Positions 1-9,554 of a stretch of 64,000 nucleotides of DNA are shown here, piece by piece. This stretch comes from an uncultured Gemmatimonadales bacterium. GTDB taxonomy: Bacteria; Gemmatimonadota; Gemmatimonadetes; Longimicrobiales; RSA9. Below the pieces are notes generated by a model. It worked only from the letters and a program-made list of their open reading frames with translations, made no database searches and had not been told where the DNA came from. A program made the translations under genes and the position numbers. The stretch is taken from NCBI GenBank assembly GCA_963798845.1, contig CAWCUS010000002.1:320001-384000 (forward strand), given 5' to 3'. The first letter of the stretch is position 1, and every line of letters starts with the position of its first letter.

Positions 1-138
1 CTGGCCATGTCGCGCGGGACCCGGTTCCGGGTGGTCCCGGTTCGCGCGGGCGTGCTCGACATCTCCCGGCGCGAGGACATCCCCGCGCTCGAGCGCGTGC
101 TGGCCGGCGCCACCGGCGCGTGGAAGGAACCCGGCTGA
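1..138 (+). CDS. 3' end of an upstream gene, probably a sugar-phosphate nucleotidyltransferase (partial)
   Basis: Frame 1 is open from base 1 (LAMSRGTRFRVVPVRAGVLDISRREDIPALERVLAG...) to TGA at 136-138 and overlaps the kinase start. The VLDISRREDI tail resembles the C-terminal W-x-D-x-G segment of NTP transferases. Confidence 0.5.
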   Translation: MAMSRGTRFRVVPVRAGVLDISRREDIPALERVLAGATGAWKEPG

Positions 139-1556
139 GCGCGCGACTGTTCGTCCCCGGCCGCATCGAAGTCCTGGGGAAGCACACCGACTACGCCGGC
201 GGCGCGGCGCTGCTGGCGGCCGTGGACCGCGGCTTCACCTTCGAGGCGGACCCCGCGGATGACGGCGAGGTGGTGGTCCGTTCGGAGGACAGCGGGGAAG
301 AAGTCCGACGGGTGTTGAGCCGGCGCGGCGTCTGGACGCCAGCCGCTCATGCCGCTCCCGGCGCGGACCCCGGCCCGGTCGTGACCGCCGGGACCGCCCG
401 CGCCGGCCGCTCGGCGGGCCCGGACCCCGGGTGGTCCAGGTACGTGGACGCCGTCCTGTCCCGCGCCCCGGACGTCCTCAGCGGCTCGCTCCGGGGCGCC
501 CGGCTCCGGTTCCGCTCGACGCTGCCGCCGGCGGCCGGATTGAGCAGCTCGAGCGCGCTGGTCACCGGCGTGTTCCTCGCCCTCTACGCCGTCTGCGACG
601 GCGCCGACGGCGCGCCCGACCCGCCCGACCCGGCCGCGCCGGCCGGGGCGTCGGCGCGGTCCGCCCCATCCGGCCCACGCGCCTTCTCGGACCGCGAAGC
701 GGTGGCGGCGTGGCTCTCGGACGTTGAGAGGGGAAGGGACGTGGGAACGCGCGGGGGGAGCGAGGACCACGTGGCTATCCTCTGCGCACGGGGGGGCGAG
801 GTCGTGCGCTACAGGCTCGCGCCGGTGCGATTCCGGGGCAGCGCGCCCGTGCCGGACGGGTGGATCTTCGCCGTTGGGACGAGCGGCGTGGCCGCGGAGA
901 AGGGCGCGGCGGCCCGCGCCCGCTTCAACCGCCTGAGCGACCTGGCTGCGGACGCCGCTCGCGCCTGGGCCGTCGGGAGTGGCCGCGCGGATCCGGACCC
1001 GGGCCACCCGGGCCGCCCGGTCGGCCCGGCCGGTCCGGCGCCCGACAGCTACCCGATCCTCGGCCAGGCGCTGCACGCGGGCGGGGGCACAGCGCCCGTT
1101 CTGGGCGAGGCGCTCGACGCGGGGGAGGCCGCGGCGACGGTGCTGGAGGGGATCCGGGCGGGAGCGCCGCGGCTCGGGCTCGATCCGGGGCCGCTCCTGC
1201 GCCGCGCCGGCCACTTCATGGAGGAGGTGGCGCTGGTGGACGACGCGCTGCGCGCCCTCCGGGCCGGGGACGTGGCGGCGTTTGCCGACGCCGCGAACCA
1301 CTCCGCCGCCGTGGGCGCGGCCTTGCTGGAGAACCAGGTGCCCGAAACCCTGGCGTTGGCCCGGGCGGCGCGGAGCCTGGGCGCCCCGGCCTCATCTCCA
1401 TTCGGCGCCGGCTTCGGCGGTGCGGTCTGGGCCCTCGTGCAGCGCCCGGACGCCGCGGCCTTCCTCGCCTCCTGGGAGCGCGCCTACAGGAACGCCTTCC
1501 CCGGCCGGGTCGGCGCTACGTTCTTCGTTTCGCCTGCAGCGGCGCCCGCGGGCTGA
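120..1556 (+). CDS. Galactokinase-like GHMP sugar kinase
   Basis: PGRIEVLGKHTDYAGG (galactokinase signature variant), PPAAGLSSSSAL ATP-binding loop, GSEDH catalytic Asp region, C-terminal GAGFGG. Confidence 0.85.
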   Translation: MEGTRLSARLFVPGRIEVLGKHTDYAGGAALLAAVDRGFTFEADPADDGEVVVRSEDSGEEVRRVLSRRGVWTPAAHAAPGADPGPVVTAGTARAGRSAGPDPGWSRYVDAVLSRAPDVLSGSLRGARLRFRSTLPPAAGLSSSSALVTGVFLALYAVCDGADGAPDPPDPAAPAGASARSAPSGPRAFSDREAVAAWLSDVERGRDVGTRGGSEDHVAILCARGGEVVRYRLAPVRFRGSAPVPDGWIFAVGTSGVAAEKGAAARARFNRLSDLAADAARAWAVGSGRADPDPGHPGRPVGPAGPAPDSYPILGQALHAGGGTAPVLGEALDAGEAAATVLEGIRAGAPRLGLDPGPLLRRAGHFMEEVALVDDALRALRAGDVAAFADAANHSAAVGAALLENQVPETLALARAARSLGAPASSPFGAGFGGAVWALVQRPDAAAFLASWERAYRNAFPGRVGATFFVSPAAAPAG

Positions 1557-1575
1557 CCCGGGGCGCCGTCCGTCC

Positions 1576-2577
1576 TCATCGCGGCAGTGCGCGGATCTCG
1601 ATCCGGTCCTCGCTGAACAGGGGGATCAGCAGGCGTCTCCGACTCCCGTCCCAGCCGATGCCGGCCGGGGACTGGACATCGCTGACGAGCGTGTCCGCGG
1701 GGCCACCGCCGGCCGGGATGCGGAAGACCGCCCGGGCTTCCCAGCTGGACACGAGCAGCGTGCCGTCGTCGAGGCGGATGATGCCGTCGAGCTGCCCGGC
1801 CGGGACCTTCGCCACCTGCGCCGGCGGCGAATTGGCGCCGAGCAGCACCCGGCCCACCTCCGGCGCGCTGAACGTCACGAAGAACAGCGTGTCTCCGTGA
1901 GCCGCGAGACCGTTGGGCGCCTTCAGGTCGGCCCCTTCCGCCACCTTGCGCGGGCCCGTCGGCTCGAGCGCCCAGATGGCGTCCGTGCCCGTGGGGGAGA
2001 GGTCGGAGTCGAGGCCGCTGTCGGAGACGTACACCGTCCCGTCCGGCCCGACGGCCACGCCGTTGAGGAACGTGGCGCCGGGAACGGGGCGGGCGCCGAT
2101 CGGGTCGCCCGTAGCCCGGCTGAACGCCCGCACGGTGTCGATGTCTGCAACGAAGAGCGTGTCCCCTTTCAGCGCCATCCCCTTTGGCGCGTCCAGGCGC
2201 ACGTCCTCCCGCGCACCCGCGTCCACCCATCGCAGGCTCTCGACCGTGCCATCGGGGTTCACCCGCGAGATGAAGCCGTTGTCGTCGTGCTCCACGGCCC
2301 CTCCATTGATGTTCGAGACCAGGTAGACGCCGGCCTGCTCGTCGTACAGAACCGACTCGGGCGTCTGGAAGCCAGCGTCGGCGATCGTGATGGACTGCGC
2401 GCCGGCGGCGCCCGGCGCCGCGGCGGCGTTTTCGCTCGCCCCTCCGCTCCTTCCGGCGGTCTGCCCGGCCCCGTCCGTCGTGCCCCCGGCGTTGCCGCCG
2501 TTGTCACCCCCGCACGCCACCACCGGGAGAGCCAGCGCGATCAGCAGGGCCATACGACTCAGGATTGTCCTCGACAT
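1576..2577 (-). CDS. SMP-30/gluconolactonase-like beta-propeller lipoprotein
   Basis: ATG at 2577 after AAAGGAG RBS, lipobox VVAC, GFQTPESVLYD, LDAPKGMAL, FLNGVAV, APNGL and LDGI propeller repeats. Confidence 0.85.
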   Translation of the reverse strand: MSRTILSRMALLIALALPVVACGGDNGGNAGGTTDGAGQTAGRSGGASENAAAAPGAAGAQSITIADAGFQTPESVLYDEQAGVYLVSNINGGAVEHDDNGFISRVNPDGTVESLRWVDAGAREDVRLDAPKGMALKGDTLFVADIDTVRAFSRATGDPIGARPVPGATFLNGVAVGPDGTVYVSDSGLDSDLSPTGTDAIWALEPTGPRKVAEGADLKAPNGLAAHGDTLFFVTFSAPEVGRVLLGANSPPAQVAKVPAGQLDGIIRLDDGTLLVSSWEARAVFRIPAGGGPADTLVSDVQSPAGIGWDGSRRRLLIPLFSEDRIEIRALPR

Positions 2578-2718
2578 CGGCACTCCTTTGCTGGAATCGC
2601 TGCCCAACACGCGAGATGCCTGCCGGCGCCGGAATCGCCGGCCGAATCTTCCCTGCGGCTGCGCTCGTAGTGAGCCGGCGACGGCAGCTCGGCGTCCACC
2701 CCCCAGACGGCGGGAACC

Positions 2719-5157
2719 ATGAACGCGCTTCTCCACGACTTGCGCTTCGCACTCCGCATGCTGCGGAAGAACGCCGCCTTCACGGCGGCGGCCGTGCTCA
2801 CGCTGGCCCTGGGAATCGGCCTGAACACGGCAGTCTTCAGCGCCATCTACGCGCTGGTGCTGCGGCCACTCCCCGGGGTCGAGTCGCCGGACCGGCTGGT
2901 TCAGCTCTACCGCCGCTGGTCCGACGACCTGCCCTACGGTGCCAGCTCCATCCCGCACTTCTTCAGCATCAAGGAAGAGAACAGGACGTTCAGCGACGTC
3001 ACCGCATGGACGTTCATCCCGATGAGCCTGAGCGCGAGCGGAGAGAACGAGCGGGTCATCGGGGCGCTGGTCTCGGCGGACTTCTTCCGCGTCTTCGGCG
3101 TACGCGCGGCACTCGGGCGGGACTTCCTGCCGCAGGAGGACGTCGGGGAAGGGGAGCATCCGGTGGTGATCCTCGGCCACGGGCTGTGGGAGCGTCGCTT
3201 CGCCTCGGATCCGGGCATCGTGGGGCGGGACATCACCGTGAGTGGACGGCCTTACCAGGTCGTCGGCGTGGCGCCCGCGGACTTCCGCGGCGCCATGCCG
3301 GCCATCTCGCCGGACCTCTACGCGCCGCTCATGATGCAGCCGGCCCTCATGCCCGGACCCGACCTGGTCCAGCAGCGCGGCTCCAACTTTCTGACCATGG
3401 TGGCCCGCCTGAAGCCCGGCGTCACGGTGGACCAGGCCAGGTCGGCCATGGAAACCCTCGTCGCCGGACTCCGCGAGCGCTTCCCGGACGACTACGAGAA
3501 CAGCGGGATCCTGGTGGTGCCCCAGTCCGACGTGGTGATCCACCCCGGGCTCGGCGATGCCCAGCGCACCATGCCCCTGCTCATGATGGCCGTGGTCGCC
3601 ATGCTCCTGCTCCTGGCCTGCGTCAATGTGGCCAACCTGTTCCTCGCCCGCGCCCGCGACCGGGAGCGCGAGATGGGGATCCGACTGAGCATCGGGGCAG
3701 CGCGCGCCCGGGTGGTCCGGCAGCTCCTGACCGAGGCCCTGCTCTTCTCCTTCGTGGCGGCGCTGGCCGGCCTCGGCCTGGCCTGGATCAGCGTACGTGT
3801 GCTCAACGGGATCCGGCTGCCCACCGACTTCCCCGTGGAGTTCGGCGTCACGCTGAGCGCGCCCGTGCTCCTGTTCACGCTGGCCGCCGCCGTGCTCACG
3901 GGCGTCCTCTTCGGGCTCGCGCCCGCGCTGGTCGCTTCGCGCCCGTCGCTGGTCACGGCGCTCAAGGGCGATGCCGGCCGACGGGGCGTCTCTCGTTCCC
4001 GGGCCACGCGCACCCTCGTGGGCATCCAGGTGGCGCTCTCAATGGTGCTCCTCGTGAGCGCGGGGCTGTTCCTGCACAACCTCCAGCAGGCAACCTCCCT
4101 GGACAAGGGGTTTCAGGCGGACAACCTGCTCCTGGCGGGGATGGACCCGGGGCTGCAGGGGTATCCGCAGTCCCGGAGCGACGCCTTGTTCCACGATCTC
4201 CTCCAGCGTGTCCGGGCGTGGCCGGAAGTGAAGGCAGCGGGGCTGGCGGAGATCGTGCCGATGGGCCTCGGCTCGCAGCAGCGGGGAATCGGTGTGCCGG
4301 GCTATGAGCCTTCGCCCGGCGAGTTCATGTCGATCGATTACAACATCATCAGCGACGGGTACTTCGACGCGATGGGGATTCCGATCCTGCGGGGCCGGGG
4401 CATCGGAGCGCAGGACGACGAGGCCGCGCCGCGCGTGGCCGTGGTGAACGAGCGCTTCGCCTCGCGCTTCTGGCCCGGTGAGGAGGCGGTCGGGAAGCGG
4501 TTCCGGACGGCCGGCGAGGACCACGAGGTCGTCGGCGTGGTGCCAGACGGCAAGTACAGGCGCCTGGGGGAGGACCCGCTCCCCTACATGTACCTGTCTC
4601 TTGCCCAGCACAGCGAGACGGAGCTGGTGCTGCACGTGCGTACGGAAGGGGCTCCCGAGGCGCTGACCCCCCGCCTCCGTTCGCTGGTCCGCGAGCTCGA
4701 CCCCACCCTGCCGCTCTACGACGTCCACACCATGAATGCCCACCTTTCCTATGCCATGCTCCCGGCGCGTGTGGCGGGCATCGTGCTCGGGATCTTCGGT
4801 ATGCTGGGGCTCTTCCTGGCCGCCATCGGCATCTACGGCGTGATGGCGTACTCCGTGGCCCAGCGAACGCGCGAGATCGGCATCCGTGTGGCGCTCGGCG
4901 CAGCCAGTCGGGAGGTGGTCGGGCTCGTCGTCCGGCAGGGGATGATCATCGTGGCCCTCGGCGCGGCCGCCGGTCTCGCGCTCGCCGCGCTGGCCGCCCG
5001 GCTCATCGGGAGGATGCTGTACAGCGGCTCGGGCGCCGATCCGCTCGCTTTCGGCGCCGTTCTGGTCGTCCTCTTCGGCGCCGCGATCCTCGCCACCTAC
5101 CTGCCCGCGCGTCGGGCAGCGGGGGTGGACCCCGTCCGAGCGCTGAAAGCCGAGTAG
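2719..5157 (+). CDS. Duplicated ABC permease (MacB/FtsX, ADOP-type)
   Basis: DLRFALRMLRK start, LACVNVANL, REMGIRLSIGA, RTREIGIRVALGA and PARRAAGVDPVRALKAE end, i.e. two MacB-PCD/FtsX halves. Confidence 0.92.
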   Translation: MNALLHDLRFALRMLRKNAAFTAAAVLTLALGIGLNTAVFSAIYALVLRPLPGVESPDRLVQLYRRWSDDLPYGASSIPHFFSIKEENRTFSDVTAWTFIPMSLSASGENERVIGALVSADFFRVFGVRAALGRDFLPQEDVGEGEHPVVILGHGLWERRFASDPGIVGRDITVSGRPYQVVGVAPADFRGAMPAISPDLYAPLMMQPALMPGPDLVQQRGSNFLTMVARLKPGVTVDQARSAMETLVAGLRERFPDDYENSGILVVPQSDVVIHPGLGDAQRTMPLLMMAVVAMLLLLACVNVANLFLARARDREREMGIRLSIGAARARVVRQLLTEALLFSFVAALAGLGLAWISVRVLNGIRLPTDFPVEFGVTLSAPVLLFTLAAAVLTGVLFGLAPALVASRPSLVTALKGDAGRRGVSRSRATRTLVGIQVALSMVLLVSAGLFLHNLQQATSLDKGFQADNLLLAGMDPGLQGYPQSRSDALFHDLLQRVRAWPEVKAAGLAEIVPMGLGSQQRGIGVPGYEPSPGEFMSIDYNIISDGYFDAMGIPILRGRGIGAQDDEAAPRVAVVNERFASRFWPGEEAVGKRFRTAGEDHEVVGVVPDGKYRRLGEDPLPYMYLSLAQHSETELVLHVRTEGAPEALTPRLRSLVRELDPTLPLYDVHTMNAHLSYAMLPARVAGIVLGIFGMLGLFLAAIGIYGVMAYSVAQRTREIGIRVALGAASREVVGLVVRQGMIIVALGAAAGLALAALAARLIGRMLYSGSGADPLAFGAVLVVLFGAAILATYLPARRAAGVDPVRALKAE

Positions 5158-5237
5158 GCTGGGGCGATTCCGCTGGACGGCAGGTCGCTCGCGCGCATGG
5201 GGAACGCCGGCGTTTCGCGGGGCGGCGGTGTCGCCCG

Positions 5238-6008
5238 CTAACGCGCCAACCCCGCGTACAGCACGACGGCCACCGCCGTGGCCAGGTTCAGGCTGGACAC
5301 TCCCGGCCGCATCGGGATCGACACGCGCGCGGTCGCGCGCTTCAGGAGCGCAGGGGAGAGGCCTGTGCGCTCCGACCCGAACGCCAGCACGGCGCGCCGC
5401 GGGAGCTGCGCCACGAGCGGCTCCCCCTCCGGATCCAGCGCGAACAGCGGCCGATCCGTCTCCGGGAGCGCATCCACACGCGCAACCGGCAGCGCGAACT
5501 GGAGCCCCGCGCCTCCGCGCAGCGAGGCCGGGTGCCAGGGGTCGTGCGCGCCCGTGACCAGGACGCCGCCGGCCCCTGCCGCGGCGGCGACCCTCACCAC
5601 CGCGCCAATGTTGCCATGGTGGGTCGGCCGCTCCAGCAGGACCACCGGCGCGTCCGCCGCCGAGAGCGCCGCGCGCGCCCCCCGGGCAGGATCGGCGCCC
5701 CAGGCGGCGCGCCGGGCGAGAGCGATCACGCCGGTGGGGTGGGGCGCGGGGGCGAGGCGGCGGAAGAGATCGTGGTCGAGTGGGGCCGCCAGGGCGGCGA
5801 TCTCCCCGGCGACGTCGGGCGCGAGCCGGCTCGCGAGCCGGCCGAGCTCGTCGGGATCCGGCGTCCACGCCTCCAGGATGCGAGCGCCGAAGCGGAGCGC
5901 GTGCTTGAGCGCGTGGAGCCCTTCGAGCACCGCCAGCTGCGGGTCCACGCGGGCGGCGTGGTACCGTTCCGCCAGTGTCGGGGATGCGCCCGAGGCCTCG
6001 GGCCTCAC
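5238..6008 (-). CDS. TrmH/SpoU family RNA methyltransferase
   Basis: LERPTHHGNIGAVVR, FGSERTGLS and IPMRPGVSSLNLATAVAV SPOUT motifs. Confidence 0.92.
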   Translation of the reverse strand: MRPEASGASPTLAERYHAARVDPQLAVLEGLHALKHALRFGARILEAWTPDPDELGRLASRLAPDVAGEIAALAAPLDHDLFRRLAPAPHPTGVIALARRAAWGADPARGARAALSAADAPVVLLERPTHHGNIGAVVRVAAAAGAGGVLVTGAHDPWHPASLRGGAGLQFALPVARVDALPETDRPLFALDPEGEPLVAQLPRRAVLAFGSERTGLSPALLKRATARVSIPMRPGVSSLNLATAVAVVLYAGLAR

Positions 6009-6613
6009 GCGCTGGAGACCAGCCGCCCCTTGCGGTCGGCGGCGTCGCGGGCGGCACGGACGACTTCGAACAGGTCCTCTTCGGACGCGAAGGTCCGGGT
6101 GAAGAGGGGATGGCCGTCCACGGTCTCCGACGCCGGTCGCAGGAGGCTCATGCCGAAGCCGCCGATGAATGCCATCCCCTCACGGCTGGCGCCGAGCGCG
6201 GCGAAGCGGATCGGCGCACGCCACGGGAGATCGCGGTGCCAGCGGACCATCGCTTCGGCGAAGAGGTGAGCGCCCAGCCCGCGGCCCCGCCACTTCGGCG
6301 CGACCACCAGCCCTGCGAAATACCAGATCGTGCGCCCGCTGTTGCACGCCGCCGCCAGGTCGTCGACGTCGAGGTCGTTCTCGGAGCGGGCCCCGATCAG
6401 GAGCGCGCCCGCCCGCTGGCCGTCGAGCGGCCACAGCTGGATGCAGCCGACCAGGCCTTCCCCGTTCCACGCCCCCACGTACCCGCGCGGGAATGCGCGC
6501 CACATCTCCTCGTCCATCATCGTGGCGCGCGGATTGGCGCCGTACGACGCTTCCGCCAGCTGCCGCACCGCCCGGAAGGAATGGCGGCGCGTCACGTACT
6601 CGAAATCCAGCAC
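6005..6613 (-). CDS. GNAT family N-acetyltransferase
   Basis: LVVAPKWRGRGLG acetyl-CoA-binding motif A. Starts 17 bp after the tryptophanase stop and overlaps the TrmH start by 4 bp. Confidence 0.75.
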   Translation of the reverse strand: MLDFEYVTRRHSFRAVRQLAEASYGANPRATMMDEEMWRAFPRGYVGAWNGEGLVGCIQLWPLDGQRAGALLIGARSENDLDVDDLAAACNSGRTIWYFAGLVVAPKWRGRGLGAHLFAEAMVRWHRDLPWRAPIRFAALGASREGMAFIGGFGMSLLRPASETVDGHPLFTRTFASEEDLFEVVRAARDAADRKGRLVSSA

Positions 6614-6630
6614 GTGATTCGTCGTGGCTT

Positions 6631-8019
6631 TCAGCTCCCGAACTCGTAGAGGGGCTCGAAGCGGGCGGTGAAGTGGCGCAGCACGGGCGCCTGGTGCGTG
6701 ATGCGGAATCCGCCGATGGACTCGCGCCGCCGGAACACCTCCAGGATCACCTCGATCACGTAGTCGATATGGCTCTGGGTGTAGACGCGGCGAGGGATCG
6801 TGAGTCGCACCAGCTCCGTGGGACCTGCCTCCTCCTCACCGGTTTCCGGGTCGCGCCGGCCGAACATGACCGTGCCGATCTCGACACCGCGGATCCCGCC
6901 CTCCACGTACAGCTCCGCCACGAGCGCCTGTCCCGGCAGGTGGAGCGGTTCCACGTGCGGGAGAAACGCGGCCGCGTCCAGGTACACGGCGTGGCCGCCC
7001 GGCGGCTGGATGATCGGCACGCCCTCACGCGCAATGTGCTCTCCCAGATAGCGGACGGAGGCGAGCCGATACTCCAGGTAGTCCTCCTGCACCACCTCGT
7101 CCAGCCCGACCGCGATCGCCTCCAGGTCGCGGCCCGCCAGGCCGCCGTAGGTGGGGAAGCCTTCCGTCAGGATCAGCAGGTCCTTTTCCTGCTCCGCCAG
7201 GCGGTCGTCGTTGGTCGCCACGAAGCCGCCTATGTTCGCCAGCCCGTCCTTCTTCGCGGAGAACGTGCAGCCGTCGGCGTAAGAGAACATCTCGTGCGCG
7301 ATCTCCTCGACGCTCCGTTCGTCCTGCCCCTCCTCGTTCCGCTTGATGAGATAGGCGTTCTCCGCGAACCGGCATGCGTCGATGTAGAACGGGATCCCGT
7401 GCTCGCGGCAGGTGGCGCTGATCTCCCGGATGTTCCCCAGGCTCACCGGCTGCCCGCCCCCCGAGTTGTTGGTCACCGTGACCATGCACAGCGGGATCCG
7501 CTCGGCACCCACCTCGCCGATCAGGCGACGCAGCGCGTCCACGTCCATGTCGCCCTTGAACGGCGCGGGCTGCTGCCGGTTCTTCGCCCGCGGGGTCGGA
7601 AGGTCCACGGCTTCGGCGCCGCGGGCCTCGATGTTCGCCCGCGTCGTGTCGAAGTGCGTGTTGTTCGGGACCACGTCCCCGGCCTTGCACATGGTGGTGA
7701 ACAGGATCCGCTCCGCCGCCCGCCCCTGGTGCGTCGGGATCAGGTGCTTGAATCCGAACAGCTCCTTCACCCGCCGCTCCAGCCGGTAGAAAGAGCGGGA
7801 CCCGGCGTAGGCCTCGTCCCCCCGCATGATCGCAGCCCACTGCTCCGCGCTCATCGCCGACGTCCCGCTGTCCGTCAGCAGGTCGATGAGCACGTTATCC
7901 GCCTTCAGCAGAAAGACGTTGTAGCCCGCCTCTTCCAGCCACTCCAGCCTCTCTCGGCGCGTGGTCATCCGGATCGGCTCCACCGCCTTGATCTTGAACG
8001 GCTCGATGATTGTTCTCAC
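6631..8019 (-). CDS. tnaA: Tryptophanase (beta-eliminating lyase)
   Basis: GTG start RTIIEPFKIKAVE, DLLTDSGT, HQGRAAE, FSAKKDG (PLP Lys). C-terminal LRHFTARF carries the His typical of tryptophanase rather than the FF of tyrosine phenol-lyase. Confidence 0.88.
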   Translation of the reverse strand: MRTIIEPFKIKAVEPIRMTTRRERLEWLEEAGYNVFLLKADNVLIDLLTDSGTSAMSAEQWAAIMRGDEAYAGSRSFYRLERRVKELFGFKHLIPTHQGRAAERILFTTMCKAGDVVPNNTHFDTTRANIEARGAEAVDLPTPRAKNRQQPAPFKGDMDVDALRRLIGEVGAERIPLCMVTVTNNSGGGQPVSLGNIREISATCREHGIPFYIDACRFAENAYLIKRNEEGQDERSVEEIAHEMFSYADGCTFSAKKDGLANIGGFVATNDDRLAEQEKDLLILTEGFPTYGGLAGRDLEAIAVGLDEVVQEDYLEYRLASVRYLGEHIAREGVPIIQPPGGHAVYLDAAAFLPHVEPLHLPGQALVAELYVEGGIRGVEIGTVMFGRRDPETGEEEAGPTELVRLTIPRRVYTQSHIDYVIEVILEVFRRRESIGGFRITHQAPVLRHFTARFEPLYEFGS

Positions 8020-8224
8020 GTCTCTGCTCTGCTGCCCGGTGCCAAGATCACCCCGGCCGGATGCTGGCCGCTTCCGCCCCCGCTCGCAACCCCCGGCACC
8101 GCTCGAACCTGGCGCCGGACCCGAACGTCGCTCTTGCGGCTCACGCCGCGCGAGAGCCACCTTCTTCCCCGAGCGGTGGCCGGGCGCGCCTGCTCGCGCC
8201 GCTGCAGCACTTCCGAGAAGAGTC

Positions 8225-9088
8225 ATGGCAGTCTGGTATTTCGGAAAGCCGACGATCCCGCTCACCGGCCTCGTCCTCTCCTTCGCTGCGCTCCTCGTCC
8301 CGATCGTCGCCACGTTCTGGTTTCCGGACGGCGCCACCCAGTACCAGCTCCTCCTGTGGCTCCTCGCCCTGATCCCGGCCTTCCTGCTGGCCCATTACCG
8401 GGGTTGGATGGGCGTGGCCGTGGCCATGCTCATCGGCATGGTGGTACTCTCGATGGCCCAGGTGGCCGCCGTCTCCACCGGCCTGCACACCGACTGGGCG
8501 CTGCTGCTCGGCGTGGTCGCGGTCTACATCGCCGTCGGGATGAGCGTGGGCGTGGTCAGCGAGCTGCTGCACGTGGAGCGGGCCCGGGCGGAAGAGCTGG
8601 CCCTTACCGACGGGCTTACGGACATGCCCAACCGGCGCCTGGCCGACCTCTTCCTGGAAAAGGAGTTCGCCGCGGCACAGCGCGGACGCCCTCTCGCCGT
8701 CGTGCTCTACGACATCGACTACTTCAAGGCGTTCAACGACCGTCACGGCCACTCGGCCGGCGACGGAGCGCTCCGGTTCTTTGCAGACACGCTCAGGTCC
8801 CGCACCCGGCGCATGGACCTCTCCGCACGGTACGGCGGCGAGGAGTTCATCACCATCCTCTCTGCCGGTGCGACGCACGGCGCCGTCTGCCTGGCCGAAG
8901 CGGTGCGCTCGAGGCTCGCGGACCACCCGCACCACCTCCCGTTCACCGTCTCCGCCGGCGTGGCCGAGTACACGGACGGGATGGAGTCGCAAATGGAGCT
9001 GCTGACCGCAGCGGACCGCGCCCTCTACGCGGCCAAGTCGGATGGCCGCGACTGCGTGCGGGCGTACCAGGAGGTCGCTCCGGTCTGA
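8225..9088 (+). CDS. Membrane-anchored diguanylate cyclase (GGDEF)
   Basis: About 4 N-terminal TM helices, TDGLTDMPNRR, DIDYFKAFND, RMDLSARYGGEEF, ADRALYAAK. Confidence 0.92.
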   Translation: MAVWYFGKPTIPLTGLVLSFAALLVPIVATFWFPDGATQYQLLLWLLALIPAFLLAHYRGWMGVAVAMLIGMVVLSMAQVAAVSTGLHTDWALLLGVVAVYIAVGMSVGVVSELLHVERARAEELALTDGLTDMPNRRLADLFLEKEFAAAQRGRPLAVVLYDIDYFKAFNDRHGHSAGDGALRFFADTLRSRTRRMDLSARYGGEEFITILSAGATHGAVCLAEAVRSRLADHPHHLPFTVSAGVAEYTDGMESQMELLTAADRALYAAKSDGRDCVRAYQEVAPV

Positions 9089-9122
9089 AGGCCGCGGCGG
9101 CGCGCCCGCCGACACGTGCTGC

Positions 9123-9151
9123 TTGACATGCCGGAGGGTCCTCCCGAGAGT
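9123..9151 (+). promoter_or_regulatory. Putative sigma-70 promoter of the leader/metal-uptake operon
   Basis: TTGACA (9123-9128), 17-bp spacer, GAGAGT (9146-9151). The implied start site falls near ATG 9159, so the mRNA may be leaderless. Confidence 0.4.
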
Positions 9152-9158
9152 CCACGCC

Positions 9159-9488
9159 ATGCCCCTGCAATCCAGGCCAGCGCGTCGGATCGTCGCTTTC
9201 GTGGTGGCGGTGCTCCTTGGCACTTCCCTGCTGGCCGTGCCGCTGCTGGACCTGGGCCGCGCGCCCCGCCGGCTCGCCATCGACGCGAAGCCGACGCAGC
9301 CCGGCTGGCTCGCCCACGATCACGACCTCTGCCTCTGGTTCGGGGCCACACCCTGGGCGCCGCCGCCCTCGCCGCCGCCCCCCGCCACCCTGCGCGTGCA
9401 CCAGGCGACCGTCATCATCGAGAGCGCCGTACCTGGCGAGCTCCTCCTCCAGCCGACCTACCGCTCCAGAGCACCACCCACCGCCTGA
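9159..9488 (+). CDS. Small exported leader protein, DUF2946-like, with C-terminal RAPP motif
   Basis: 109 aa: basic N-terminus plus hydrophobic helix (RRIVAFVVAVLLGTSLLAVPLL), HDHDLC motif, Pro-rich linker, ends YRSRAPPTA*. Lies directly upstream of metal transport genes. Confidence 0.72.
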   Translation: MPLQSRPARRIVAFVVAVLLGTSLLAVPLLDLGRAPRRLAIDAKPTQPGWLAHDHDLCLWFGATPWAPPPSPPPPATLRVHQATVIIESAVPGELLLQPTYRSRAPPTA

Positions 9489-9554
9489 AGCCTGGCTTCG
9501 GGCCCCACGCCGCCGCCGGCGAGGGGATGATCACGCACATCGGTGGAGGACCCG

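Noticed and set aside
8020..8224. TnaC-like Trp-sensing leader upstream of tnaA
   Set aside because: No short ORF with the W-x3-D...P-stop pattern or a clear RBS on the minus strand
6169..9126. Long alternative-frame ORFs (e.g. 985 aa at 6169-9126; also 38234-40891, 49754-52576, 24363-26687)
   Set aside because: These are antisense or shadow frames of well-supported genes in high-GC DNA, Arg/Pro/Gly-rich with no motifs
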